64,000 bases of DNA from Harriotta raleighana (GCA_050575255.1 JBNZDD010013687.1:1400751-1464750), one strand, 5' to 3'; positions 14,150-25,912 are shown, counted from the first letter of the stretch. Numbers and translations: made by a program. The notes: generated by a model not told the origin, from the sequence alone.

Positions 14150-14345
14150 GAAGGGCAGCCGGACAATGTGCCCTCAGGACTCTCCCCAGTGCAGCTCTCC
14201 ATAGAAGGTGGTGGTTTTTCCTTTGCCCCCGCAGGCAGACAACTGCCCTCCATTTAGCGTCTCTTTTCAATGCCTCCGGCTAAGACTGGGGAACTTGACA
14301 CATGGAACACTGCTGTTGTTAACCTGCATCACCCACTAACAGAGC
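14150..14345 (-). mobile_element. highly diverged ancient SINE-like fragment (AmnSINE2/LF-SINE-like)
   Basis: CCGGCTAAGACTGGGGAACTTGACACATGGAACACTG resembles CCTGACTGAAAATGGGAACTTGCCAACTGGAGACACTG at ~51580; weak similarity to the recalled AmnSINE2 consensus. Confidence 0.35.
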
Positions 14346-16203
14346 CAAGATAAAAAGGAGAGAAAAAAAATCATGAGTCTCGGAAATCTGAGTAGAAAGA
14401 GAAAATGCTGGTTAGGCCACGGAAAACCTCGAGTTCGAAAGATAAGTTAACATTTTCTGTGTGTGCACCTTGATCACAATTGAAAATGGATTGGTTGGCT
14501 GTCCTGCTAGGCTGGAGAAGAAGCCCTTTTACAGTATAGTTGAGGACAAGTGTGGCAAGACCAAGAAACAAAGACTTTGTGAAAGCGGTGAAAAGTTAAC
14601 CATGAGAGAATCTTCGTCAACTGTAATCTTTCCCTGGATTCCATGATCTGCTTTCTCGTTTGCAGCATCAGTCCTGACTTTCCATTTGAATTCCTGCCTG
14701 GAGATTGACAGGGATGGTTCCAAGATGTGATGTTGTCAATCTTCGATCTGCTACCGTGTGACTGGATGAAAACTGGCCTATCAAGCAAATCAAAGGTTTC
14801 CTTTAAAGTACGTTTGCCATCTGATGGCTTACATGACACTTTAAGCTGTGCTGTATTCACATTGATAGTAAATGTCACCCTCTGAGTTGTAAATTTATTT
14901 TGATGAGACTGATATAGGCTCTTTATCTATAACTTTCCTTCATGAACAAGTAATTAGTGAAGAATTATCTCAGGTTTAATTTGCGATTAAATCCAATTTT
15001 GTTTAATAAAAATAGTCTTACATACAGATGTGCACAATGAAATACAGGTAGTATAGACAAAGAGTGCACCTCCTAGTATTTTTTTGCAGTGGGGAAAGAG
15101 GCAGAGGAGGGAGATCTTTCATATGCTCACAGGCAGAACATCTTACTCACTATTCTGTGAGGGTAATGAGTGATAACATTTCTCCACTAGGTTACTGGCT
15201 GCGACATTCTATTCTAGAGAATACAACCGCATCATCCGTCTAATCAGTGGCAGTGTACCTTCTGCTGAACAACAGTGGAGCTCTGCTGTATGTGGCTTTG
15301 AAGGAATCTGCAGCTCAGCTGCATGCCTTACTGACTGGAGAATACAGCAAGGAGCTGAGGGACTGTGAAAAACATTTTTTTTTCAAAAGCAAAGAAAGAG
15401 CAGGGACTATAGAGAGTTCACTGGTGAATACGAAACAAAGTCCATAATTGCTTGTACTTATACCTGTTGTTCTGTATTTCAAGCAGTATTCAAAGAACCA
15501 GAAGGGAATAAAATAGCAGTACAAAAGGAATTCAATATTAAAAACAAGATAACAGTGCAGTATAAAAATATACGCCCCACCAAAATGCAAACATTTCTAG
15601 ACGGTGGCAAATAGAACATCCGTGTAAACCAAAGATCTGTACGGATGATAAATAAAATTAATCTGAGGCAAATTAATTTAGAAGCAAGTGCATTTTTCAA
15701 ATGACAGAACAGAAGCCATTCGCAAGGTCTGACCACTATTGCACTGTTTGGGTATCCGACAAGAGCAGTCTTTAAAAGGTTGAGATTGGCTTACACAGTG
15801 TCGGCAATATTCTTGTATTTAAACCCATGAACACATGTAGTCTGGTCTTAAATTCTATTTCCAGCAGTTGTTTTGAAGATAGCAGAATTAATAACACTAA
15901 GAGCTGGTTTGTAATGTCATTATCTTGGAATTATCAGCCAGAGTATTACTGTAAAGAGATTTGGCTCTCCTGGTGGAATTTATCATCTAAACTGAGTAAT
16001 CTGCAGCTAGATTACATTACATAAACTACTAATAATAAATCAGATAGATTATATTGCAGACAACATAGAATGAAAAAGACATTCAAATGCATTTCTGCAC
16101 ACACTCGCCATTTTCCCAAGAAAAATAAAATCACACTTAAAGGACGTATTCTTGCAGGTTGGTTGCGTTTTATTCAAGATGCAGTACCTTTCTTAAATGA
16201 GTC

Positions 16204-16205
<2 letters not shown>

Positions 16206-16250
<45 letters not shown>
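16206..16250 (+). repeat. (TG)22 microsatellite
   Basis: Uninterrupted TG run. Confidence 0.98.
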
Positions 16251-16251
<1 letters not shown>

Positions 16252-17004
16252 GCTTGAAGATGGAATATTTGAATTTCTTAATCTGATCATTACTACCAGC
16301 GGAGAGCCGAGGGTGTGTAAGGTAAACCTCAACATTATGTTCTGCAGCCCACTCACTATTTATAGCACCATGGCTCTGAATCATTAGGATTAGCTCCACC
16401 ATGGTGAAAATACTGCAAAAACAATCAGGTTTTTCTGCACAGCAAGAAAAAAGGTTAAGCTAGTTTTGACACTGACAGCTGGGACACTATAGGAGGCTGA
16501 TAGGATTTACTTCATCCCAGGAGAGATTGCCTATGGTGCTTTTAAGCCAATACAACCAAGGCTTCCATAGGTTTTAAACGCAGCATCGTACCATGGCATG
16601 AGTGTATGTAATCACACTTGAACTCTGAACCAGAGTTTTACAAAAAGCAGTCGAAGATGTCTGAGAATACTATGCAATAAGCCTGAACCATTGAAAGCCG
16701 CCAAAGTGAGCTCAGTTTCTGTGAATAGGTGACATGCAGAAGTATATGGGGCTGCGTAGGCAGTTTAAGTGAAACAAAACTGCCTGTTTCAGTGTTTACT
16801 TGGCTGTTGTATTTACCATTGTCTGGGATAAGAAAAAAACTACAGATGCTGGTCTGATTGACCTGCTTTCCAACCGTTCAGAGACAGCACAAATCCCAAT
16901 CCCTATGAACCACTTCATTCTGCTCAGCTACATTCCTATTGTTTTAAGTTTGAAATGATTTCTGTTCACTCGGTTCTTATGTGTAATGTGCTGTTTGTGG
17001 ACCG

Positions 17005-17190
17005 AAGGGTATGGAGATACCCAGTCCTTCGGCCTCTCGCCAATGCTGCACCATAACCAGCCGCTGGGAGGTAAATTAAGGGGATAGATCACACTGATTT
17101 ACAGCTTGATTTTCCCTCTCTTCCTTCCAATCAGCCACTTAGCACTGCGCTCCTTTATCTTATAGGCCAGGAAGGATCAGGAACCCACAG
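17005..17190 (-). mobile_element. diverged AmnSINE2-like 3' fragment
   Basis: GGGTATGG...CAGTCCTTCGGCCTCTCGCCAA resembles the reverse complement of the recalled AmnSINE2 3' region; weak. Confidence 0.3.
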
Positions 17191-18761
17191 TGCATGAAAT
17201 CCTGCACATGGACTAACATCCGCCCACTCTGTCACAAGTTTGGTGTTCTGTAGTGCAATATCCTTTCTGCACAAATTTTTTAAACCAAGATCAGTGGAAT
17301 TTAGCTTACCAAAATACCTTAACGTTGCACACTATAGAGCGGTTATTTAAATAGATGGATTTTCAGTAATGCATGTACATTATAGACATTTACTATGGTC
17401 AGAGATGCTTTGATTAAGCAATGCTCAAAGAAATGTTTTACAATAAAGATGAAATTGAAGTGTATTAAGACTGAAAAGGTAGAGAGTTGACAATAACATT
17501 TCATGGGCTGTTATAAACATTGTTTCAAAGAAAATCATTAATTGAAATCTAATGTTCAGTTTCAAATTATCACAATGCCACTTCTCTTCCGGAGAGGAGG
17601 GAGGGAGGTAATACTCCATGAAGTTATTTTATATATTTATTTCATGAATAAAGGAGATTGTATGAGGGAAAAATCTCAGCTGCAAATGAGATTAATGTCG
17701 AATTTAACAACTTCACATGGCAGTTTTGTATGACATGTATCTATCGTTAAAAAGATAAAATGTCACTGTATTAGTGTCAATGATATCATATCCGAGTTTG
17801 TAAACAGGCATTTCAATATACAGTACATGCAAAATTGTTCAAATGTACTGAATTTTGAGATACAATTATGACTGGAACTCACTTAATTATTTCCTCAAAT
17901 TAGGATGAACCAATGAGCCCACCACAGGTACTGAGGTAAAAAGGACATTAAAAGTATTTGCCTGAAGAGAACAGATGTCATAAAGGTAGTCAATCAAGGT
18001 GTGGAATTGAGATTTGTAAGGTGTGGAATCAGGTATTGTGACAATACAGGAATTCTATATGAAAGTACTTCCAAAATTTCTCCAGCTGTTTTCAAAATCA
18101 ATTCCTTCCTGCACACATCAGTTTAGCAACAGCTCACAAAAGTGACATTCTGCTCATTCTTTTCCATGCCCTTCAGCAACAATGGAGGAAACCATGCAGA
18201 AAGAACTACCACATAGTTACTGAGCATATCTTTCTACTCCGTTGTATCAGTTATTTATAAGTATCCACTATATATTATTCCTTCTTTAGTCCCTTCAGTT
18301 GTCTGTTCATTGTTCATTTTTTCCTTGTATGTAATACCACGAGTGACTCAACCTCCTTTCCTTGTATTAGCTCATTAGATATACTATCATACCAATGGTT
18401 TGGCTATAACCATGCATAGTTAACATACATTTCCTGCCAAAATAGCCTTTATAAATGCAAACAAGGATATTCAAGGCATATGCTTTAGTTCTAACTAAAA
18501 TCATTCCCAGAACTGAATAAATAGAATGCATAATTGAGAACAGCATAACACTCGGTCAATTCCACTCTTGAAGAACTCTTTCCAAACTCACAAGCAACTC
18601 TGTCAGAACTGTAGTCACCTAATAGGGTTTGAGTTAAACAAAGTTAAGAGTTAGGGTTCCTGCAATGTTGGTGGGCCATAACTTCAACTCACCTGAACTT
18701 CTGTTGTGTGATTATAAAATACTGGATGTTCATTGCCTGTAACCTTACAGTTATGCATAAG

Positions 18762-18880
18762 CAACAACAACAACTTTGATTTATATAGCGCTCTCCACGC
18801 CGGACGGCATCTCAGAGCGCTTCATAACAACGGATCTCGGGATCGAGCCAGGACAGGGGTAGAAAGAGTATGGGCATAGC
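18762..18880 (-). mobile_element. L2-type LINE 3' terminus (second family)
   Basis: Minus strand: AGCGCTCTGAGATGCCGTCCGGCGTGGAGAGCGCTATATAAATCAAAG then (TTG)n; related to 56516-56632. Confidence 0.8.
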
Positions 18881-20444
18881 TTTAACTCAGCAAAGAATCA
18901 GTGAAAATTGTTGATACTGTTAATCTCTGTGAACATTTGGAAAACAGGTGGATGCTGCAATGAAACAATTTTAGGTTAGGTATTCTGGATAGGTGAGATC
19001 AATGAACCAAATTGACATCTTCATCCAAACCTCTCGTGATCAATATTCTTTGCCAAGACTGAATCATTTATGCAGAATCCCAATTCTATCACTGCCTTGT
19101 TTATTAGCACAAGTGACAAGAGGGGGAAGGGAAGAAAAATACTTTTTGGGGAGTTTATTCTAGGAAATTTGAGATAATCTGAGTCAGTCAATGCACTGTG
19201 ACTAAAATATAAAATATTAGCTTTTTTTCAAACAAAATATTGATATAACTATTCTGTTCGTCAAAGTTCAAAGGAAAGTTTTTTTTTTTTTTGGCACACA
19301 AAACAGCAAACCACAAATTGGCTGTATTAATATCATCAAACTGAGAACTGAGAACATGACATAATAAAGAATCTATGACATTCCCCAGTGGTGAAAAACC
19401 ACAGTATTATTCATATTCTGCAGAAAAATGGATGTTCCATAGAGCATTGTTCTTACTACTGTAATTATAACTACTGAGTTTTACACTAAACTTGAGAGAG
19501 AAATTTTAAAAGTATTTACGACAGAATGTCCTGGTAATTAACAGAAAATTATTTGTGTATAAATTGGATATGAATTCCATCATACATTAATAACACTGAC
19601 CACAGTGGTGATTGACATTAGTGTTCACAGTTTTTTGAACCAAAATTAGGCTTATTTCTGACAAAATAGCCTGGGATATTATTTTACAGGAGATAGGTAA
19701 AACATGAGGTTCAGAACACAGTTAGAAACCACTTGAAATTTAGAACTTTGCTCATTTATTGAATTCATGGATTAGAACGTCTAATATGTATTCTTAACAA
19801 ACTATTATTTTCAACATGTTAATAAACATGAAGAAACATTGTCAAAAAACAGTTGAGTGACACATACCACTTTAGAAGCAAGTTAGTCAGCTATCTCACT
19901 ATTGCCTCATTCACTGAAATACACCTCAATTCCATTGTTTATTTAATGCCAATTGTCCTGTTGTATGTGTTCTTTTTAAAAAAAATTGTATTTAATTTCT
20001 ACTAACATACTTATGTCCAGTAATATAAACATTTTAAATAACATACAAGATATCTCGGGAGTGGGGCTGGGGTGGATGTAAAACGATTGATGCTCCACTG
20101 TTTGCTGCTAGAGTTGGAAATTAGTCATCGGTCTTCCCACCAGGAGAATAAATATAAGTGGAAAAGGCAGATAATAAAATCCCATAAAGAATGTAACTTA
20201 TTTCTACTCCAAAGGGAAACAAGGATGCTTGGAGAAACATAGCTCGACAGTTCAGAAGTTAACTTTGCTTTGATGCCTTAAGCATACTTAAGCATACTGG
20301 TAGGATTCTTCACTGAATGGGACTGAGAAGTAGCCCAGGTGGTTTAAAAACATCTTACAAATACCAAGTTAAATCTCGTCTCCAATTTACTCTTAAAACT
20401 ATGTGCTAATAGCTTCCAAAATCTGGCTCTAACTACTAATGTTG

Positions 20445-20710
20445 AATAATAATAATAAATAATAATTCTTGCATCTGATAAAGCACGTTTCACGTCTTCT
20501 CGGAGTATCAAATTGCTTCACAGAATACATTGTATATTCTGGGGCGAAATGCGGCAGCAGTCATTGTTTTTTTTTGCGGGGGGTTTTCTTGAGGGATTGT
20601 TATCAGATGTTTGGAATAAGGAAATTTGTCCATGGTTTCTCCCTGCCGGGAATCTAACCCGGGTCTCTCACTTGTGAGGCGAGGCTCTAACCACTGAGAT
20701 ACAGGTCTCC
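20445..20710 (-). mobile_element. near full-length tRNA-derived SINE with internal deletion
   Basis: (AAT)n tail at left; minus-strand head GGAGACCTGTATCTCAGTGGTTAGAGCCTCGCC...GAGACCCGGGTTAGATTCCCGG at right. Confidence 0.9.
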
Positions 20711-20734
20711 AGAATAGCTGTCAGTCGCTATCAG

Positions 20735-21133
20735 TTGCTATCACTCTTGCCTCTGAGTCAGAAGATTGTGGGCTTCTTAACCTACAGTGGGACTTTGAAC
20801 TCACAGCCAATGTTGATACTGCAAAAATAGTGTGTGGAGTCTGCTACGTTCTTGGAAGTAGCTTCAAAATAGATGTTCAACTACAATCTGCCTTTCTGGT
20901 GGACATTAATTTTATGGAATTAATGCTATTCGAAAAGCAATTTTTTTCCATTGTTCTGGACAACAATTCCTCGAATAAAACTGTTTATTCAGTTCAGGTC
21001 TGCTTCTGGGACAAATTGTCTGCCATGTTCACCTATAAATACACAGTCACTACACTTCATAGTAAAATCCTGTAAAGTATTTTAAAGTATCTTAACATGG
21101 TAAGGCATCATATGAAATGCAAGGATTACTATT
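20735..21133 (+). mobile_element. old full-length Deu-domain SINE (SacSINE1-like)
   Basis: Head CACTCTTGCCTCTGAGTCAGAAGATTGTGGG, degenerate Deu core (CTGCCTTTCTGGTGGACATTAA), tail CAGTCACTACACTTCA...AAATGCAAGGATTACTATT. Confidence 0.75.
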
Positions 21134-21663
21134 GTCACGTTCAATCCATAGTAGGGTTGAAAATGATATGTGGTCGTACCCTGCAGTGACCTCAGCAGCC
21201 ATATTACATCAGAGCTATTGGTTCAAAGTACTGTATACTGATGACAGTTAATATGCATGCTTCATGCGTCCATTTGATGAATGAATAACTCACATTTGTT
21301 GACATCAAAACACGTCACTCGGCTGATAAATGTACTTGAATTCACGTGATGAGCATGGACCAGGTAAACTGCTTACATGAATCCAGTTGTGATTTCTGCT
21401 AAAGTCTGTTTTTCAAATAAATCCACAAACTCTTTTTCATGCACTTTTTAAAAAAAAAATCGGGGAAGAAAACTGCTGCACGAAAATAAACCTCAGGGGT
21501 TTGAAATAGAATAACGTCAGTGCCAATCACAAAACACAAAAAAAGGCATTCTTTGAAAAAACAAGGTTAGGAGGTTTATTTTAACCATATATATTCAGAC
21601 GGAATCGAGTATTTTCTCTGGGCACAGCTAACTGGGTAGAATATTCTTGGCTTTCACGCCTTG

Positions 21664-21855
21664 TTACTGGATTACAACAGCTGCACGAACACTGAACTTG
21701 TCTACAACTGTTGAAATTATATCTGAGGGAGTTCTGATTTCACATTTGATGTTGGTCTTAAGTTGCTGCAGGGTAATGTGGTTGTCAGCACATACACATT
21801 TCTCCAGGTAATTCCACAAAAAGAAATCACACAGCCTTAAATCTGATGAAGTGCT
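21664..21855 (-). pseudogene. Tc1/mariner transposase C-terminal remnant
   Basis: SSDLRLCDFFLWNYLEKCVCADNHITLQQLKTNIKCEI...VVDKFSVRAAVVI matches the SPDLTPCDFFLWGYLK..VY....TL.ELK.NI..EI motif; no TIRs found. Confidence 0.85.
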
Positions 21856-22154
21856 GATGCCAGATGTGTTTTGTGCAGTAATAGACAAGCAACTTTTCTT
21901 GAACAGCAGCCTACTCCCTCCCCCACCCCACACATTGTATTGCTTTTGAGAAATACCGAGCCCTTTGGAAACTCCCTTCTTTTTCCACAGAACAAAAGGT
22001 TCAACAGCACAAAGGGCAGCTTTAATTCTGATCACCATATGACAAACCTGGCCTTCAAACAATTCTAATTTGTTTTTTCTCTTCGTGAATATATGTTGTT
22101 CATTTTGCTGATCCCTCTCCCAACTAATTTGTTTTTAACAGTATTAGGATACAT

Positions 22155-22318
22155 CCTCCAGTACCTTTTTTCAAATAGCCATTCTTCATGTCCAAGCCAA
22201 GTGTCGGTCGCCTCGCAGTAATTGTATGATCATCACAACCTAGTTGTCATCACACCCTCACCAATAGCCACACACATATTTCTAACAGTAATCTATAGTC
22301 TGGAGAGCAATCAAGAGT
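22155..22318 (-). mobile_element. AmnSINE2-like ancient SINE fragment
   Basis: CCTCCAGTACC...GCCATTCTTCATGT...CATCACA...CCTCACC...CCACACAC...CTGGAGAGCAATCAAGAG is collinear with the reverse complement of the recalled AmnSINE2 consensus and with 57725-57810. Confidence 0.6.
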
Positions 22319-22386
22319 CCTTACCCCCAGTCGTGGTACCCCCAAAGATTTCACCTGCTTTATCCTGACTTTGTGGAGTCTGTAGC

Positions 22387-22640
22387 TAATAATAATAATA
22401 ATCCTTGCATTTGATATAGCACTTTCCATGTCTTCTAGACATCTCAAAGTGCTTCACAGAATATAACATGGCAGCCAATTGCGCACAGCGGGTGTCCTAC
22501 AAACAGTTGTGGATTGAGTGGCCAAATATTTTTTGCTTTATTTGAGAGATTATCAAGCGTGTAGAGTAAAGAAAGTTGCCCATGATTTCACCCTGTCTGG
22601 AACTCAACCGAGATTTCTCGCTTGCATTGAGCTACAGGAC
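22387..22640 (-). mobile_element. tRNA-derived SINE
   Basis: (AAT)n-CCTTGCATTTGATATAGC tail; GGCAGCCAATTGCGCACAGC; head ends ...GAGCTACAGGAC. Confidence 0.92.
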
Positions 22641-22644
22641 AGTA

Positions 22645-22947
22645 CAGCTATAACTTAGTGGTTAGAACACTCACCTTGCAAGCAATATACCTGGGTTTGA
22701 TTCCAGGCAGGATAAAATCTTGGGCAAGTTTGCTTACTCCACATGCCTGATCCCTCAAGAAAACAAAAAACAATAATAAATTTGGTCACTTCAATCTATG
22801 ACTGTTTGTGGGACACTGTGGTGTGCAATTATCTGCCACGTTTTGCTCACAAATGTTCAGTAAATTCATTTTATAGTATATTTTGTAAAGCATTTTACAC
22901 ATCTGGAAGGTGTGAATCGCACTATATCAAATGCAGGGATTATTATT
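22645..22947 (+). mobile_element. full-length tRNA-derived SINE
   Basis: A-box-like TAACTTAGTGG, B-box-like GGTTTGATTCC, TCTTGGGCAAGTTTGCTTACTCCACATGCC, tail AAATGCAGGGATTATTATT. Confidence 0.93.
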
Positions 22948-24139
22948 TGTGAACAGTGGATATCCCAAAATGTCTTGGAATAACTTAGCAGTGACTGCGC
23001 GTACAACTTCAAGAGACAGTACTCCAACACCTCAAATGAGAGCACAGAGCTGAGCCATGCAGAATGAGGAGTCCTAATTGAGTTTATTGTGGAAAACACC
23101 GAAAAAATCATGTTGTGTTATTTACTGTGTCAATAACTATCTGTCATAGGTACTGTATTTCATGGTGGCCTCTTATCTCAAACCAGGAGATAGAAGACTG
23201 TTCATGTCTTCCATAATCTTTCAGATTCTCTTGCACAATATTAAATTTCAGCAGACTATTGATTACCAACTTCTGAAATCACCTTTTTGCCTGTATTAGG
23301 TGCTTGAATAAATATTTATCAAAATTTACTACACCGTGTTTCAGTCAAATCCCCCAGGGGTATGACCCATGCAGAAAATGGGATGTGTGCTTCGGCTAGG
23401 CAGCAAACATGTCACACAAACTCTTTCCAATTGGAGCTGACCTTTTTTCATCCCTACAGGGCATATAAAAATGTCTCTCATTGCTTCTCACATCTTCAGT
23501 GTGTGCCTGAGGATGGCTCTCCCATTGTATTGGTTTGCGTGATGCATTGTGTTTGGGATTTTAAAAAATTGAACTAAATATGATTTTATGAGGCTTCCTT
23601 TTTGGAAAAACTTACGCACATTAGTTTGTAATTTGTCCCAATTACTTTCAACGCTCGGGAATCGAACTCGCAAGACCTGATCACTTTCAGAAACTTCAAA
23701 TGAACGGAAATTATGTTTCTGAAAAAAAACTTAGCATAATTGCAAGTCGTAAAGACTGTAAAACAACCACCCGCCGGGATAGTAATATACTCTGCTAATA
23801 ATTTTTTTATTTTACAGTCAATGCTTGGTTCAGTACTGAAATAGAGTGGGGCTGGATTCACTTCATTGCCGGGTGCCATGAAATTCCTGACCTGATGCAG
23901 ACACCCTGTTGTGTACACAATCAGCTCTCATTACATGGCATCACCATCAGTGGGTCAAGAAATAAGGCAATGTGCCCAAGTAAATTTTTACAGTTTTTTC
24001 TTATACACATGGAAGGTTCAGAAACACAATTTGGATGAGCCTTGCCTGGATTATCCTTTTAACATCACAACCCATCCTTTCCATGTGATGAGGTGATTAT
24101 TATTGGCATCCCAGTGCTCCAGGTCAGCAAGATTCATTT

Positions 24140-24370
24140 GCTATTACCCTACTCACCTTCAGCAAGCTCTTCCTCCTCTCCCCCTCCCCCCACAATTTTA
24201 TGCATTCTGAGATTCTGCCCTTGATGTCCTTGCTTTTATCCAAATTGGACTGTCAACTGCAAGGCTCTCTGCCCTTTATGGATAAGTTACACCGTAACCC
24301 TGACCCAGTGTCTAGTTTTATAACATTACCACTTCGGTTTGAAATCACAGTCTTACTATTCATCCAACCT
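24140..24370 (+). mobile_element. decayed L2 ORF2 fragment
   Basis: SEILPLMSLLLSKLDC...MDKL...LRFEITVLLF resembles L2 AETLIHAFVTSRLDY...LHKL...RLDFKILILVF. Confidence 0.55.
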
Positions 24371-24694
24371 GCTGCCTGCATGACCAGCGAAATAGGCACT
24401 CTCTAGAACAAAGTTATGTTCAATAAGGTTTATCCACACATCTTTTCTACTGTACTCAGGTAGGTTAGAAATATTTCCTTAGTGACCTGAACTGGTAATC
24501 CTGATTGAACCAATCGGGGACTTGTCAGATGTAATCCTTTTTGTTTCCACAACATTATATCTCAGAGGAATTACTTGTTACTTTCTTGCTTTCCATCTCT
24601 GTTACCACTAAAACCAAGTAGAAGATAATTATCAGGTACTGGGTATTTGAGCTGCAAATAGTTTTCCCCAAAGAGACTTTCTTGCAGCAACCTC

Positions 24695-25075
24695 TTCAAA
24701 AAGACATTGATGCATTAGAAAGGCTTCACAGAACATGAGATTTCAGTACTGTACTTAAAACAAGGTATGAGTGAAGGTACTGTATGTAGATAGAACTGGG
24801 ATTGTTCTCCTTGGAGAAGAGGAGACCTGAATCATGCAACATCTGGGTTTTCAAGATGTTTAAATGCTTGCATATGCTGGATGTAAGCAGGCTATTTTCC
24901 CCTTAAACTATAATTGCAAGATTTGATGTGTAACCATAAACATTCTGGATCTCAAGCAAAGCTAGAAAGAAGCCTTTGTCTCCACAAATGAGGTAGCTGG
25001 TTGGAACAGACTCATATAAATTAGTTAGCACTATGCCAATTAACTGTTTTAAAACAATAGTTGTATGAGTGATGG
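24695..25075 (+). mobile_element. decayed CR1 ORF2 fragment
   Basis: KDIDALERLHR at ~24700 and ELGLFSLEKRR at ~24793 are CR1 hallmark motifs. Confidence 0.75.
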
Positions 25076-25646
25076 GTTATGAAACGGACTTCTGAATTAC
25101 AGGTACAAGATTAGGAAAACATGGAATGGAAAATTATGGATCCAGAACAGTTTATTTGTTGTGTAATGATTTTTGACTGATTCTTCAATAACATTAAGAA
25201 CACTTACTGGAGGAGCAATGTGCATGTGCTCAGCTGTGTATGTGCAGAGATATCTTCAGACCTTAACCAATGTGATTAGGAATGAGGTGTATAACTCAGA
25301 TGTCCTGCTCCTAATCTCTTCACTGTTGGAAGTGATATCGCTTGTCTTCCAAAAGTATAAACTGGACTCCAGTGATATTCTGCAGTTGAATGTTTGATTG
25401 CTTTCAGATTTGGGAAAAAAAATCAAGTCACAGAGTTTTCTATTCTGGAACCAGTTATTCGTAGTCAATCTCCTGGTTTTTGGATAGGCTATTCCTTGAA
25501 TAAAATACACAAAGACATTATCTTGGAAGCTTGATGGACGTTTCCACTACATAATTATTTTTGCATTCTTGTGATAGTAGCATAATAGTATCCGATATCT
25601 GACCAAAGCTTTTATTTAAGTGGACTGATATTTCGATGTAGGTGGT

Positions 25647-25676
25647 GGGTTGGAGGGGTGGGGGGGGGGTGAGGGG
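25647..25676 (+). other. G-quadruplex-forming motif
   Basis: GGGTTGGAGGGGTG10TGAGGGG: four or more G-tracts with short loops. Confidence 0.6.
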
Positions 25677-25800
25677 TGCTAGTGGATAGGATGGGAGAGA
25701 AGAAAGGAAAATATCAGCTATATATTTGTTTGAATAATAGAATATAGCTTCTTACAAAATAGAAAGCTGTTTTTTTCTGATTTCATTATAATTAAGCAGA

Positions 25801-25912
25801 TGCTTCTGCCCTTCGCTTACAAAATACATAGTCACCACACTTGCAATAAATCCTGTGAAGCGTTCTGAGAAGTCCTACTGACATGGAAGGTGCTATATTG
25901 AATGTTATTATT
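25801..25912 (+). mobile_element. Deu-type SINE 3' tail
   Basis: TAGTCACCACACTTGCAATAAATCCTGTGAAGCGTTCTGAGA...GAAGGTGCTATATTGAATG(TTA)n. Confidence 0.75.

Noticed and set aside
15259-15362. Minus-strand exon-like segment with good acceptor
   Set aside because: Weak donor (AAG|GTACAC), 104 nt, unrecognisable peptide
25200-25400. Minus-strand exon ending CCA|GTAAGT
   Set aside because: The two frames I translated contain stops; IRSRTSE...TLV suggests a very decayed CR1 instead
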